Below are positions 1 to 9,763 of a stretch of DNA of 64,000 nt, piece by piece (within the stretch, counting starts at the first letter, position 1; the number at the start of each line of letters is the position of its first letter). The stretch covers positions 67,573 to 131,572 of the forward strand of contig CAYTOI010000001.1 in assembly GCA_964439805.1 (NCBI GenBank), in the 5' to 3' direction. Made by a program: the position numbers and the translations under genes. Source of the stretch: an uncultured Pseudomonadales bacterium. Lineage in GTDB: Bacteria > Patescibacteriota > Microgenomatia > UBA1400 > MFAQ01. A model generated the notes under the pieces. That model had not been told where the DNA came from, made no database searches, and saw only the letters and a list, made by a program, of their open reading frames with translations.

Positions 1-79
1 TAATACATCGTAAAAACTTTTTATATTAGTTTTGAAAAATACTAAGATTGGCCCATCAACCTGGTCAATTTTCGAACAT

Positions 80-523
80 TTATGAACCAGACACCAATGC
101 TTTTTGAATTGAATCTTTGATATCAGCCCAATCGTATGCTTCAGCTATTATTTTATGGCCGCTAGTAACTTTACAGTCAGACTTAGTAATATCAAAACTC
201 TTCCAAATATTATCAACAGGGTCTTCAACCTTGACCCAAGCATGATCGGGTGAATCAGGAATTGAACCATGAATTTTTTTTACTTCGTAACCAATGTGTC
301 TAAGCATATCTGTAGCGATATTTGTCTTGGATCCACAACTATTCATTCCAACATTAAAAGCAATTTCTGAAGGAGTAAATCTAGATTCTAGAATACTTTT
401 AGCTTGGTACGATTTTCCCAAGTTATCAAAATGAGAAACTAAATACTCTCTAATCGCCAGGATAAGATCTTCTAGGTTCAAATTTTGGTTTTTCAAATTT
501 TCAGCTTTTTTAAGATAATCCAT
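80..523 (-). CDS. Transglutaminase-like cysteine peptidase domain protein
   Basis: 147 aa ORF. Cys (NSCGSK), His (DHAWVKV) and Asp (DPVDN) are spaced as in the transglutaminase-like core, with an ML-R-xIGY...K motif after the Cys. Confidence 0.5.
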   Translation of the reverse strand: MDYLKKAENLKNQNLNLEDLILAIREYLVSHFDNLGKSYQAKSILESRFTPSEIAFNVGMNSCGSKTNIATDMLRHIGYEVKKIHGSIPDSPDHAWVKVEDPVDNIWKSFDITKSDCKVTSGHKIIAEAYDWADIKDSIQKALVSGS

Positions 524-695
524 TAAATGATTCTATCAAAATTTCGATTACCGTCTGGCTCTTTGTGACAAGAATAAAACCGCGCCTAAAAATGTTACTC
601 GCTGGGTGGGACGATTTTCGAAATTATTCAGCACAGAATCATCAATTTTGCCAATAAAAAATAGGATGTCTTGAAAGACATCCTATTTATAGATG

Positions 696-1220
696 TTATT
701 TACGCATTGCCTGAGCCGCCGCTTCAGTCAATATATTACCCTGACTATTGGGAACGTCACTTATAAACACTTTTGTATCAATACCCTCAACTATATAAGA
801 GATATAACCTACAAGCTGTTGAATGTTATAGATAGGAACATGTAAGTCCTGGGAGTGAAACTCTTCTGGAACACTAGAAAAAAGGTAGCCAGAATTCTGC
901 ATCAGAGCACTACCTAAATAAGCAGGGTGTGGGTACCTACCCAAAGAGGAAGTGCTAAGCGTACCCATAAAGTGTCCAGGTTTGACGGGGTTGATGGGAT
1001 TGTCATCCAATAAAGTAATTTCACTGGGAAAAGACACAATGGTGTCACTAACCTGAGAAGTAATGGTGCTACCAGCAAAATGAATCGTGTTGATCTTGCA
1101 CAGAACCCCGTTGATACCGGGATCCTCGGTAGCCACCACGGTGGCAATTAGAATACTATCTCCTTGACCAGATACATAAAAAAAAGATTGGTGTTTCCGT
1201 ACTTTAGACAGATCATTCAT
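696..1220 (-). CDS. Hypothetical protein
   Basis: 174 aa intact ORF with no motif I can assign. The overlapping 914..1147 ORF is probably spurious. Confidence 0.4.
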   Translation of the reverse strand: MNDLSKVRKHQSFFYVSGQGDSILIATVVATEDPGINGVLCKINTIHFAGSTITSQVSDTIVSFPSEITLLDDNPINPVKPGHFMGTLSTSSLGRYPHPAYLGSALMQNSGYLFSSVPEEFHSQDLHVPIYNIQQLVGYISYIVEGIDTKVFISDVPNSQGNILTEAAAQAMRK

Positions 1221-1310
1221 ATATTACTCTCCTTATGCGCAAAATAGAATTACAATGTTCAAATCGTAATTATACCAACAAAACAGTCATTGTCAATATT
1301 ATAGGTTTGC

Positions 1311-1384
1311 TCCCCCGGCAGGGCTCGAACCTGCGACATCCTCCTTAACAGGGAGGCGCTCATACCAACTGAGCTACAGGGGAA
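1311..1384 (-). tRNA. tRNA-Asn (anticodon GUU)
   Basis: Reverse complement folds as a cloverleaf: acceptor UCCCCUG/CGGGGGA, D arm GCUC..GAGC, anticodon stem CCUCC/GGAGG with loop CUGUUAA, T arm GCAGG-UUCGAGC-CCUGC, discriminator G. Confidence 0.85.
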
Positions 1385-1461
1385 TATAAACGAACTTGTC
1401 TATTTTACCAAATTTAATCCCCAGCCTCAAGGCTAAATTAAAATCTGCACATTAGCTTCAA

Positions 1462-1746
1462 TTATCTCTTTTTCTTCTTCACTACCCTCACAGTTTTCGT
1501 TACCACCTTAGATTTTTTGGTAGAATCCTCATCTTTTGCCCAAAATAACAAATAACAGATAGGCAAAATACCCATACTATTGATCAAAAGCAAGGCCACA
1601 AACCACCAATTTTCGTTCCTCTTGGCAGCCTTCCACAAAGCCATTCCTTTCCATCCCAAATCCCAAAGAGCCATCAGCCCTATTCCCCCATAAAAGAAAG
1701 GTGAGTAATTTCCATAACCTCCCATCATTGTTTCTCTCCAGTACAT
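1462..1746 (-). CDS. Small membrane protein, hypothetical
   Basis: 94 aa with two hydrophobic segments and a Lys-rich C-terminus. Confidence 0.4.
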   Translation of the reverse strand: MYWRETMMGGYGNYSPFFYGGIGLMALWDLGWKGMALWKAAKRNENWWFVALLLINSMGILPICYLLFWAKDEDSTKKSKVVTKTVRVVKKKKR

Positions 1747-1751
1747 ATATT

Positions 1752-2078
1752 TTATTTAAATTTTGATAATACTAGGTTCACAAGTGATAAAACAACAGCA
1801 GCCAAGAGAGCAACCCCAAAACTCTTTACGCTAAACCCCTTAACCAAGTTACTCATGAGCATTATCAAAAATGCATTGATTACAAAAGTAAAAAGACCAA
1901 GAGTCATAAAATTAACTGGCAAAGTCAAAATAATCAAAATTGGTTTTAAAACAAGAGTGAGCAATCCCCACACCACCGCCACCACAGCAAGGGCTGTAAA
2001 GTTTGCAATCACTATCCCCGGGACCAAATAAGCAGTTATATAAAAAGCTATTGCGTTCACTATCAAATTGGTTAACAT
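1752..2078 (-). CDS. Four-TM membrane protein, phage holin family IV (DUF360)-like
   Basis: 108 aa, four hydrophobic helices, opening LIVNAIAFYITAYLVPGI typical of the YvlD/holin-4 family. Confidence 0.5.
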   Translation of the reverse strand: MLTNLIVNAIAFYITAYLVPGIVIANFTALAVVAVVWGLLTLVLKPILIILTLPVNFMTLGLFTFVINAFLIMLMSNLVKGFSVKSFGVALLAAVVLSLVNLVLSKFK

Positions 2079-2145
2079 GCTTTAATGATATATTTTTTCT
2101 GCACCTTGTCAAATTCCCCACAATAGATTTAAGATAGTAAACAAA

Positions 2146-2763
2146 ATGACAGAAAAACTAAAGGGTATTTCAGGTTCCATGTTTGCCGGAAAAACCGAAG
2201 AACTAATTAGTGAAATAAACAGAGCTGAAATAGCCAAAAAAAATTGTCTAGTTTTTAAACCAAAACTAGATGACAGATGGGGAAAGGTAGATAAAATTTG
2301 TTCCCATTCAGGGGCTGAGCATGAAGCCTACCCTGTAAGTATTCCAGAAGAAATTCTTCAAATCGTCTATCAGTTTTTGGAAACCAATGACAAACTAGAC
2401 CTCGTTGCTATTGATGAAGTTCAGTTTATGGACGAGTCCATCGTAGAAGTAATAATTTTTTTACTAGAACAGGACATCAAAGTAATCTTTGCAGGTTTAG
2501 CCACCGACTTCCGAGGTGAACCCTTCGGTCAAATGCCCACTCTCCTTGCACTCGCAGATGAAATAGACAAACCAACAGCTATCTGCACGTATGAAGAAAA
2601 TGGAAAATGCTGTGGAGACGACGCCACCAAAACCCAAAGACTAATAAATGGAAAACCAGCTAACTACAACGACCCAATTGTTTTAATTGGAGCAGAACAA
2701 CAATACCAAGCCCGCTGCCCCAACCACCACCAAGTCCCAGGCAAACCAAAAATAAAAATTTAA
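2146..2763 (+). CDS. tdk: Thymidine kinase
   Basis: P-loop GSMFAGKTEEL, AIDEVQF Walker-B region and a C-terminal Cys cluster (CTYEENGKCCGDDA) for the zinc ribbon. Confidence 0.85.
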   Translation: MTEKLKGISGSMFAGKTEELISEINRAEIAKKNCLVFKPKLDDRWGKVDKICSHSGAEHEAYPVSIPEEILQIVYQFLETNDKLDLVAIDEVQFMDESIVEVIIFLLEQDIKVIFAGLATDFRGEPFGQMPTLLALADEIDKPTAICTYEENGKCCGDDATKTQRLINGKPANYNDPIVLIGAEQQYQARCPNHHQVPGKPKIKI

Positions 2764-3566
2764 GCCTTTTTACTCTTACTTTTGATAAAACCAATAGGGT
2801 CCTTCTTGGCTTCATCGATTTGAGAAAAATATTCTATACTGACTAGTTTTTCACCAAGCACCGATCTAATATGTGAATCCATATGTTCCAAATACTGTAC
2901 GAGTCTCTCATTTAAACCAACAGGTATATTATCTCCAGAATTAATTAAAAAGCATAGTTGAGCCATTGGACCTGCGTCAAAAAATTGCAAACTATTCTTA
3001 TTCTCTGTTTGATCCACAATAATATTAGAATCGCTCACATCCGCCAATATTCCAGTTTCCATAAAAAAAGCAATTGAAGCATTCATTATGTCTACTCTTT
3101 GCTCATTAATAGATTTAAAGTTGTTATTAACAAGTTCCAATGACCCCTGCAATTGATGTTCTTTACCTAATTTTTCCAAAGTTTTACCATCAATATATTT
3201 CTGAAAACGAACGTTCTTTCCACCTTTTTCATCTTCAACCCTTCGAACCTCCTCCCTCAAATAATAATCGCCAAAAATTCTAGAATATGTTTCATCTGCC
3301 AGTTTTGACCAATTGTAAAAATTTTCACTATCCAAAAAAGTCTTTGCTTCTAAATCGACTGGATGTTCTATATTGTTTTCCCAATTTGTTTCTTTATACA
3401 CAAACCTCTCATTTTCCTCACCAAAAGGACCATAGACAATATTTTCATAACCATCTTTACTCAACACACAATTTTTATAGTCTGCCGGAAGCTCCATGTT
3501 TTCAAAACTCATTTCTTTTTTTATATTAACTTCACCATTGTCTAATTCACCTTTATCTTCTCCCAT
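2760..3566 (-). CDS. Hypothetical acidic protein
   Basis: 268 aa Glu/Asp/Asn-rich ORF with no TM and no recognisable motif. Convergent with tdk, with a 4-nt overlap. Confidence 0.5.
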   Translation of the reverse strand: MGEDKGELDNGEVNIKKEMSFENMELPADYKNCVLSKDGYENIVYGPFGEENERFVYKETNWENNIEHPVDLEAKTFLDSENFYNWSKLADETYSRIFGDYYLREEVRRVEDEKGGKNVRFQKYIDGKTLEKLGKEHQLQGSLELVNNNFKSINEQRVDIMNASIAFFMETGILADVSDSNIIVDQTENKNSLQFFDAGPMAQLCFLINSGDNIPVGLNERLVQYLEHMDSHIRSVLGEKLVSIEYFSQIDEAKKDPIGFIKSKSKKA

Positions 3567-3717
3567 TCCACAATTCTACATTACAAACAAAATAAAAAAA
3601 TTATTAGCGGAGAGAGTGTCCTTTGTGGCGATATTTTGCAAGGTGCGCGTAGAGCATGATCTCCTGTACTCAGTACACATAAACACAACATCTTGAGTTC
3701 TTGATTCCTTGAGTTCT

Positions 3718-4821
3718 TCACTCAAGATAATCTTGCAACTTTCTTCTTCTAGAAGGATGTCTCAATTTACGTAGAGCCTTACTCTCTATCTGTCTTATAC
3801 GCTCTCTGGTGACACCAAATACTCTTCCAACCTCTTCCAAGGTCAAAGGTTTACTTCCGTCCAAACCAAATCTCATTCTAAGAACTTTACTCTCTCTTTC
3901 AGTAAGAGAAGTAAGCGCATCTTCCAAATTCTCATGCATTAATTGACGAGATGTTGACTCGTAAGGAGTAGCTTGTCTTTCGTCAGGAATAAAGTCTCCA
4001 AGCATAGAATCTTCATCATCTCCAATTGGGGTTTCAAGAGATGTAGTTTTCTGGGCAATTTTGAGAATTTCTCTGACTTTCTCTGGAGTGGTTTCCAACT
4101 CTGCTGCCACTTCGTCATCTGTCGGTTCTCTACCAAGGTCCTGCATCAACTTTCGCTGAGTTCTAATAAGTTTGTTTATTGTCTCCACCATGTGAACCGG
4201 AATACGAATAGTTCTGGCTTGATCAGCAATTGCACGAGTTATAGCTTGGCGAATCCACCATGTAGCATAAGTAGAAAATTTAAATCCTTTAGTCCAATCA
4301 TATTTCTCAACCGCACGAATCAAACCCTTGTTACCTTCTTGAATCAAGTCCAAAAAGCTCATTCCTCTGCCCATGTATTTCTTTGCAATCGAAACCACCA
4401 AACGAAGGTTCGACTTGGTAAGCATGTCTTTGGCGTGAACATTTCCTCTTTCTACCTTCTGAGCCAAAGCAATCTCTTCATCTCGTTTAAGAAGTGGAAT
4501 GCGTCCAATTTCCTTAAGATACATTCTCACTGGGTCGTTTACCTCAGTGTCCTCCATCTTGGAAAGAGACTCTAGTTCTTTTTCTAGCTCACTTGTAGCT
4601 TCCAATATTTCGGCGTCCTGACCTGCCAAAACACTCTCAAAAACGTCAACGTCTGACTTAAAAAGCACTTCATAAAGAAAATCCAAATCATTTATTTCTT
4701 TCTCTGGATTGGGAAATTGCTCCAAAATATCATCCTGGGTCACAAAACCCTGCTCCTTACCCTGTTCTAGGATTAGATTAATTTTCTGTTGGTTGGAAAG
4801 ATTCGCTTTTTTATCAGCCAT
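3718..4821 (-). CDS. rpoD: RNA polymerase sigma-70 factor RpoD
   Basis: Region 2 ([30 protein letters not shown]), region 3 and region 4 (LTEREARVLRLRFGL-like: [15 protein letters not shown]) are present. Sits directly downstream of dnaG. Confidence 0.95.
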   Translation of the reverse strand: MADKKANLSNQQKINLILEQGKEQGFVTQDDILEQFPNPEKEINDLDFLYEVLFKSDVDVFESVLAGQDAEILEATSELEKELESLSKMEDTEVNDPVRMYLKEIGRIPLLKRDEEIALAQKVERGNVHAKDMLTKSNLRLVVSIAKKYMGRGMSFLDLIQEGNKGLIRAVEKYDWTKGFKFSTYATWWIRQAITRAIADQARTIRIPVHMVETINKLIRTQRKLMQDLGREPTDDEVAAELETTPEKVREILKIAQKTTSLETPIGDDEDSMLGDFIPDERQATPYESTSRQLMHENLEDALTSLTERESKVLRMRFGLDGSKPLTLEEVGRVFGVTRERIRQIESKALRKLRHPSRRRKLQDYLE

Positions 4822-4848
4822 AAATAGATTCCCTAGCTTACCACATTT

Positions 4849-6615
4849 TTAAGCGAAATCAAGGGAAAAAAGCTTGTTTTCCCTGGTATCCAAATCCCTT
4901 AGCTTCAACAAAATCTCCTTTTCCTTCTCTTCTTCTCCGTTTTTCTCCGCCAGCTCCCTATCTTTGGCCAAATCTGTCCTTCTCTCTCTAATCATTTCTC
5001 TAGCAATCTTTACGGTAAGATCCAAGACGTTAGACTCGTTAGTTTCTGCCTCTTCTGAGCTCATGTAGATGTCTTTGCAGACCTCTTGCATCTCTGTGGG
5101 CATAGTTAAGAGAAAATCTTTAATTTCCACCCCAGACTCAAGATTATCAAAAACAAAAACCAATAACTTCCACAATCCTCCCGACCCTTCAATGTCTCTT
5201 AGAACTTTTTTTGTCTTTCTTATTAAATCTTGGTTAGCCAGCAAACTTCCAATTAAATTTTTCAAAAGCTTATCAATTCGTGATTCACTTACCGTCTTTT
5301 CCTCTTTCTTAGCAATCACTCCGACCGATCTCCCTGACCGACTTTTGTCAATTTCTGCCAAAACACTATTAAGACTTACCCCAATTTTCTCCGCGAGTCT
5401 TTTGGACCAAACCTCTCGAATGACAACATTTTCAATTTTTGAAAGAAAAGGAATAACTTCCACCAAAACCTTACTTATTCCTTCTGGAGTTCCATCATTG
5501 TTTTTCTTTATCGCTTTTTCCATCACAAACTCATAAACATCAACTGCAGACTCTACCATTTTCTTCCAAAGACCCGCCGAGTTTCGGGCAATTTCATCCG
5601 GATCTTTGCCTCCATCTATCTGTACAACTTTAATATTCAAACCTCTTTTTTCTGCAAGCTCCACCGATCTTTTTATCGCCGCATAACCCGCGTCATCTGC
5701 ATCAAGTGAAACATATATTTTGTTTGCAAGCCGAGCCATCAACTCCATCTGGTCTTCTGTAATCCCTGTTCCTCCAACGGCTACTGTTTCTGTAATGCCA
5801 CTAGCAAAAGAACTGATCTGATCCATCTGACCTTCTACCAAAACCACTCTTTTATTTTCTCTTATTGCTTTTTTTGCTTGGTAAAATCCATAGAGCATTT
5901 TTCCTTTATGATAAATTTCTGTTTCTGGAGAATTTAGATATTTCGGTTCTCCTTCTTTGGCAAGTTCTGGCAACACTCTCCCAGTAAAACCCACCACTCT
6001 ACCTGCCGAATCCTGCAAAGGAAACATCAGCCTTCCTCTAAATTTGTCATAGTACCCTCCTCCAGCTTTCTTAACCACAAGCCCTACTTTCTCCAATAGT
6101 TCCAAGGAATAGTTTTTCTTCTTAGTAAGGTAATTTATCAACGAATCCCAACTACTTAAAGAAAAACCCAAATTATATGTCTCAATTATTTTGCTCGATA
6201 TTTTTCTTCCCTCCAAGTATTTTCTAGCTACTTCCCCTGATTTTCCTGACACCAAAATCCAGTTGTAATATCTAGATGTAAGTTCCATAACTTCCAACAT
6301 CTCATTTTTTATCTCACTATTATTCCCGGATCTTTTCTCTAGCTTTATCCCCACTCTATCTGCCAGTCTCTCCAAAGCATCCAAAAAACTAATTCCTTCA
6401 ACCTCCATTAAAAATTTAATTGAGTCACCTCCTGCACCACATCCAAAACACTTATAAAGATTTAACTCTTCGTTAACCAGAAAACTTGGAGTTTTTTCGG
6501 AGTGAAACGGACACAGCCCCTTCTGATGTCTTCCCATTTTCTTTAAAGCCACATATTGACCTACTACATCCGCAATATTATTTTTGCTCTTTATTTCCTC
6601 AACTTGATCATTCAT
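4849..6615 (-). CDS. dnaG: DNA primase DnaG
   Basis: CHC2 zinc finger (CPFHSEKTPSF...CFGCGAGG) and Toprim region (VVLVEGQMD...DAD). Classic dnaG-rpoD operon order. Confidence 0.95.
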   Translation of the reverse strand: MNDQVEEIKSKNNIADVVGQYVALKKMGRHQKGLCPFHSEKTPSFLVNEELNLYKCFGCGAGGDSIKFLMEVEGISFLDALERLADRVGIKLEKRSGNNSEIKNEMLEVMELTSRYYNWILVSGKSGEVARKYLEGRKISSKIIETYNLGFSLSSWDSLINYLTKKKNYSLELLEKVGLVVKKAGGGYYDKFRGRLMFPLQDSAGRVVGFTGRVLPELAKEGEPKYLNSPETEIYHKGKMLYGFYQAKKAIRENKRVVLVEGQMDQISSFASGITETVAVGGTGITEDQMELMARLANKIYVSLDADDAGYAAIKRSVELAEKRGLNIKVVQIDGGKDPDEIARNSAGLWKKMVESAVDVYEFVMEKAIKKNNDGTPEGISKVLVEVIPFLSKIENVVIREVWSKRLAEKIGVSLNSVLAEIDKSRSGRSVGVIAKKEEKTVSESRIDKLLKNLIGSLLANQDLIRKTKKVLRDIEGSGGLWKLLVFVFDNLESGVEIKDFLLTMPTEMQEVCKDIYMSSEEAETNESNVLDLTVKIAREMIRERRTDLAKDRELAEKNGEEEKEKEILLKLRDLDTRENKLFSLDFA

Positions 6616-6633
6616 CTACCTGATTATAACAAG

Positions 6634-6736
6634 CTCATAATGACTTCAGTGATTATGAGCGCAGTTATAAGAGGAAGCGCAGGATGATAGTTCAATAATT
6701 ATTTATTATTGAACAGAAGACGAGCAAGCTCTTATA
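6634..6736. repeat. ~100-nt structured dispersed repeat, copy 1 (second copy at 12045-12146)
   Basis: About 92% identical to 12045-12146. Contains two perfect hairpins (gctcataat..attatgagc, and gttcaataat-tattt-attattgaac) nested in an outer stem ataagag/ctcttat. Confidence 0.7.
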
Positions 6737-6746
6737 TAAACAGTCG

Positions 6747-7571
6747 GTGAATTCGACTTCAGTGATTTATATTCTTCCCCATTTGAAATATACTCAAACC
6801 ATGCAAATTTCAGAAAAAAGTATCGGTTTGGTTTTGGGTGGTGGCGGAGCTAGAGGCTTTTTCCATATCGGTGTCCTCAAAGCCATTCAAGAACTCAACA
6901 TAAAGATAGACAAGATCTCGGGTACATCCGTAGGTGCTGTTGTTGGTGCCATATACGCCGCCAACCCTCAAACGGATTTTGACAAACTAACTTCAGAAAT
7001 TGATTTTTTAAAAATAACCAAAGCAATGGCTCTCGGCAGAAAATCCGGCACCACTTCTGGTATTGAAACATTTATTAAAAACCACTTATCAGCCAACGAC
7101 TTCTCAGATCTAAAAATTCCCCTTTCTTTTAATGCCACAGACATCAACAACAAAGAAGAGGTGGTTTTTGACAAAGGACCCCTTTTCCCGGCCCTAATTT
7201 CTTCCATCTCTATTCCAGGGGTATTTCCACCAATAAAGATTGGGGGTCGTTTTCTAGTTGACGGAGGTGTAGCCAACAATGTTCCAGCTTCACTGATTAC
7301 CGACACTACCAACCTCATAATCTCCGACATTACCGGACCTGTGAGAAAAATTGAAAGTGACACTTCCCCCCTTAAGGTTCTCTATAGCTCCATAACTTTT
7401 ATGCAGTACCGAATCAAACAGGAAGAGCTAAACAAAATTAAAAATCAAAAAGTTACTCACCTAAAACTTTTAGAAAACAACATTTTCCTCTTGGACTTCC
7501 GAAAGAAAAATTTCAAAAAACTCATTAACCTCGGCTACAAAGCCATGATGGATAGTGACTTTGCAAAATAA
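6747..7571 (+). CDS. Patatin-like phospholipase
   Basis: GGGxRG oxyanion motif (GGGARGFFHIGV), GxSxG nucleophile (GTSVGA) and DGG catalytic Asp motif (DGGVANNVP). Confidence 0.85.
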   Translation: MNSTSVIYILPHLKYTQTMQISEKSIGLVLGGGGARGFFHIGVLKAIQELNIKIDKISGTSVGAVVGAIYAANPQTDFDKLTSEIDFLKITKAMALGRKSGTTSGIETFIKNHLSANDFSDLKIPLSFNATDINNKEEVVFDKGPLFPALISSISIPGVFPPIKIGGRFLVDGGVANNVPASLITDTTNLIISDITGPVRKIESDTSPLKVLYSSITFMQYRIKQEELNKIKNQKVTHLKLLENNIFLLDFRKKNFKKLINLGYKAMMDSDFAK

Positions 7572-7573
7572 CT

Positions 7574-7715
7574 GGCGGAGGAGGTGGGATTCGCCTTCGG
7601 TCACTTTCAGTGCCTCAGGACCTGTCTCAGCAGGTTTGTTACAAAACTGCTTCCGACTGTCCGAATTCCATATAGCAATAAAAAAATTCTCACATAAAGC
7701 GAGAATTTTTAATTG
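7574..7715 (-). mobile_element. tRNA-Ser(GGA)-associated ~120-nt element ending in a 19-nt copy of the tRNA 3' end
   Basis: gcggaggaggtgggattcg at 7575-7593 repeats the tRNA 3' end at 7716-7734. The intervening sequence contains a terminator hairpin (attctc..gagaat plus T-run) and a ~80-nt segment homologous to 9893-9962 and 11886-11968. Confidence 0.5.
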
Positions 7716-7800
7716 CGGAGGAGGTGGGATTCGGACCCACGAGTGCCGGAGCACACTCGCTTTCCAAGCGAGCGGAATAGACCACTATCCGACTCCTCCG
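7716..7800 (-). tRNA. tRNA-Ser (anticodon GGA)
   Basis: Class II tRNA: acceptor GGAGGAG/CUCCUCC, anticodon stem CUCGC/GCGAG with loop UUGGAAA, long variable arm GUGCUCCGGCAC, T arm GUGGG-UCCGAAU-CCCAC, discriminator G. Confidence 0.85.
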
Positions 7801-7929
7801 AGTGAGCAAGTTTGTAAATTTACTAATTTACAAGTTTGTGAAGCGAGGAGGAGAGGATATCGTAGATATCCGTACTCCTACACAATTCTCTACTCGATTC
7901 TCAAGTTTTAAAACTCAAGCTTCTATATT

Positions 7930-8757
7930 TTACCTCAACCTCCCCAAAGCTGATAGAAGCTCATTTACGTTGTCCAGGTGAACTGTCCCCTCCGGAACCT
8001 TTCCTGCCTTATAAACAGACCAACTTGAGCCGTTGTGTAACCACATTGTTTTTGCTCCAATTTCTGCTGCTGGGATAATATCTCCCGGAAGACTGTCACC
8101 TACCACCAAACACTCCTCTGGTAACACTTCCAAACCAACCATACACTTTACCCAATCAGCTGCACTCTTGTGCTTGTTTTCGTCAGCCACATAAATTAAA
8201 TCAAAATACTCACTCATCCCCGTAGAATTTAATTTCATATTTGTCCAATCCTCGTTAGCATGAGTTACCAACCCTATCTTAATTCCACATCTTTTTACTA
8301 TTTCCAAAACAGCTTCTGCACCCGGCCTAATCCTGGGCTCTTCTGAATATATCTTCATTAATATATCCAAGTTCTCTAGTACAGTCTGTTCATTACCCTC
8401 AAATTCCAAAGCCATTTTCTTTAACACTGCTTCCCATCGTGCCGGATTAACCCCCATTCTCTTGTATTCTTCATCATTAAGTCTCCTCAAACTCTCAATT
8501 ACCAAACCCTCCTCCACTCCCATTTCCTCGGCTACCTTACTAGCATACGCTTCCATGTATTTTGCAAACTTTTCTGTAGTAAAAATCAAAGTATCATCAA
8601 AATCAAACAAGACAGCTTTAATTCCCAATCTATTAAACTTTTCTTTTACTTCTTCTAAAAATCTGTCCTGAAATTTCTCCATTGTGGACAATATATCACA
8701 ATCAAAACTCTCTGCGGAGGGTACAGGAGTCTTGAGGTAATCCGAAATCCCGAGCAT
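7930..8757 (-). CDS. HAD-superfamily hydrolase
   Basis: Motif I FDFDDTL, motif III-IV GDSLPGDI. 275 aa. Confidence 0.8.
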   Translation of the reverse strand: MLGISDYLKTPVPSAESFDCDILSTMEKFQDRFLEEVKEKFNRLGIKAVLFDFDDTLIFTTEKFAKYMEAYASKVAEEMGVEEGLVIESLRRLNDEEYKRMGVNPARWEAVLKKMALEFEGNEQTVLENLDILMKIYSEEPRIRPGAEAVLEIVKRCGIKIGLVTHANEDWTNMKLNSTGMSEYFDLIYVADENKHKSAADWVKCMVGLEVLPEECLVVGDSLPGDIIPAAEIGAKTMWLHNGSSWSVYKAGKVPEGTVHLDNVNELLSALGRLR

Positions 8758-8780
8758 GTCTCGCGGGAGAACCTGTATCC

Positions 8781-8866
8781 TGGCGGTGGGGACAGGACTC
8801 GAACCTGCATGCCCTTGCGAGCGCCAATTTTCGAAATTGGTTCCTTACCATTCGGAGCACCCCACC
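8781..8866 (-). tRNA. tRNA-Ser (anticodon CGA)
   Basis: Class II tRNA with encoded CCA: acceptor GGUGGGG/CCCCACC, anticodon stem CCAAU/AUUGG with loop UUCGAAA, long variable arm, T arm GCAGG-UUCGAGU-CCUGU, discriminator G. Confidence 0.8.
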
Positions 8867-8875
8867 AAATATATG

Positions 8876-8950
8876 TGAGACCGGTGCGATTCGAACGCAC
8901 GACCTCCTCCTTCGCAGGGAGGCGCTCTAATCCAACTGAGCTACGGCCTC
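8876..8950 (-). tRNA. tRNA-Arg (anticodon GCG)
   Basis: Acceptor GAGGCCG/CGGUCUC, D arm GCUC..GAGC, anticodon stem CCUCC/GGAGG with loop CUGCGAA, T arm GUGCG-UUCGAAU-CGCAC, discriminator A. Confidence 0.8.
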
Positions 8951-8996
8951 ATATTAAAACTAAAAGTCTCAACAGCTATATTTTACCTTAACAGCG

Positions 8997-9506
8997 TTAC
9001 TCTAAGGGAAGTTTCTCCGAAAGCCACTTGACTAACCTGTCCATACCCGTGACCTCAGGCTCAACAAAGGGTACAAACTTAGACATCTCTTCTTTTATCT
9101 TTGCCTCGTTACTCTCGCTAATAACCACAACCACATGCCAAGGAGAGTCAACCAGATTTATTCTCAACAACCTCGTTCCCCACTTTGTTTCTATCCAAAA
9201 ATTAGTCATTCTTTGAAAATCATAAAGTCTCCCAACAGAACGAATTCCCCAAGAGGTTAACGTGTTTTTTGTAATCATCGGTTCTGTTCTACTCATGGCC
9301 CACATCATAAATACCAATGCCCAAACCACAAAAACCGGCATTACCCCTTCTATGAAAAACAAAATAACACTAACCAAAAAAGCTATAACGATAACTGAGC
9401 TGTAAAACTCCTTTGTCCACACTTTGTGTGGCCTCTCATAAGACTCCCATTCAAATATGTTTTTTTCCGTTAAGTCGTTAGTTTCAGGCACATTTAATCT
9501 TAGCAT
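8997..9506 (-). CDS. Membrane protein, hypothetical
   Basis: 169 aa with two adjacent TM helices near the middle. Embedded between tRNA genes on the same strand. Confidence 0.5.
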   Translation of the reverse strand: MLRLNVPETNDLTEKNIFEWESYERPHKVWTKEFYSSVIVIAFLVSVILFFIEGVMPVFVVWALVFMMWAMSRTEPMITKNTLTSWGIRSVGRLYDFQRMTNFWIETKWGTRLLRINLVDSPWHVVVVISESNEAKIKEEMSKFVPFVEPEVTGMDRLVKWLSEKLPLE

Positions 9507-9523
9507 ATCAACCTCAAAAACCT

Positions 9524-9613
9524 TGGCGGAGGGGCAGGGATTCGAACCCTGGGTGAGTATTACCTCACGGAGGTTTAGTAAACCTCTGCACTAGACCACT
9601 ATGCGACCCCTCC
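9524..9613 (-). tRNA. Class II (Ser-type, G73) tRNA with atypical anticodon loop UUACUAA (apparent anticodon ACU)
   Basis: Encoded CCA; acceptor GGAGGGG/CCCCUCC; D stem GCA/UGC; anticodon stem GAGGU/ACCUC; long variable arm GUGAG-GUAAUA-CUCAC; T arm CAGGG-UUCGAAU-CCCUG. A34 is unusual. Confidence 0.6.
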
Positions 9614-9614
9614 T

Positions 9615-9699
9615 TGGCGGAGAGTACAGGGGTCGAACCTGTTAGGGCTTACGCCCATTAGTTTTCAAGACTAACGCATTACCGTCCTGCCCACTCTCC
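9615..9699 (-). tRNA. tRNA-Ser (anticodon UGA)
   Basis: Class II tRNA with encoded CCA: acceptor GGAGAGU/ACUCUCC, anticodon stem UUAGU/ACUAA with loop CUUGAAA, long variable arm GGGCGUAAGCCC, T arm ACAGG-UUCGACC-CCUGU. Lies 1 nt from the neighbouring tRNA. Confidence 0.8.
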
Positions 9700-9763
9700 G
9701 TGCATTGTATTTTATCATTTTAAACTTAATTTTGTGCTTGAACCTGTTAAAATAATTAAGATT

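Noticed and set aside
3973-5536. Plus-strand ORFs 3973..4575, 4874..5068 and 5069..5536 antisense to rpoD and dnaG
   Set aside because: They are low-complexity, Ser/Leu/Phe-rich translations lying antisense to strongly supported genes. They are typical shadow ORFs of AT-rich coding sequence.
7574-7594. Possible additional tRNA genes at the duplicated tRNA 3' ends (also 9963-9982 and 11971-11990)
   Set aside because: Only the T-loop and acceptor 3' strand are present. No matching 5' acceptor strand, D arm or anticodon arm can be folded, so they are partial copies and not genes.
7555-7911. 118-aa ORF (also 8655..8900, 8809..8991, 9715..9972, 9762..9959, 9798..10004)
   Set aside because: Their translations (…CGGGGIRTH…, …GFESHRLR…) are read-throughs of tRNA genes and tRNA-derived repeats. 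tRNA cloverleaves account for these sequences.
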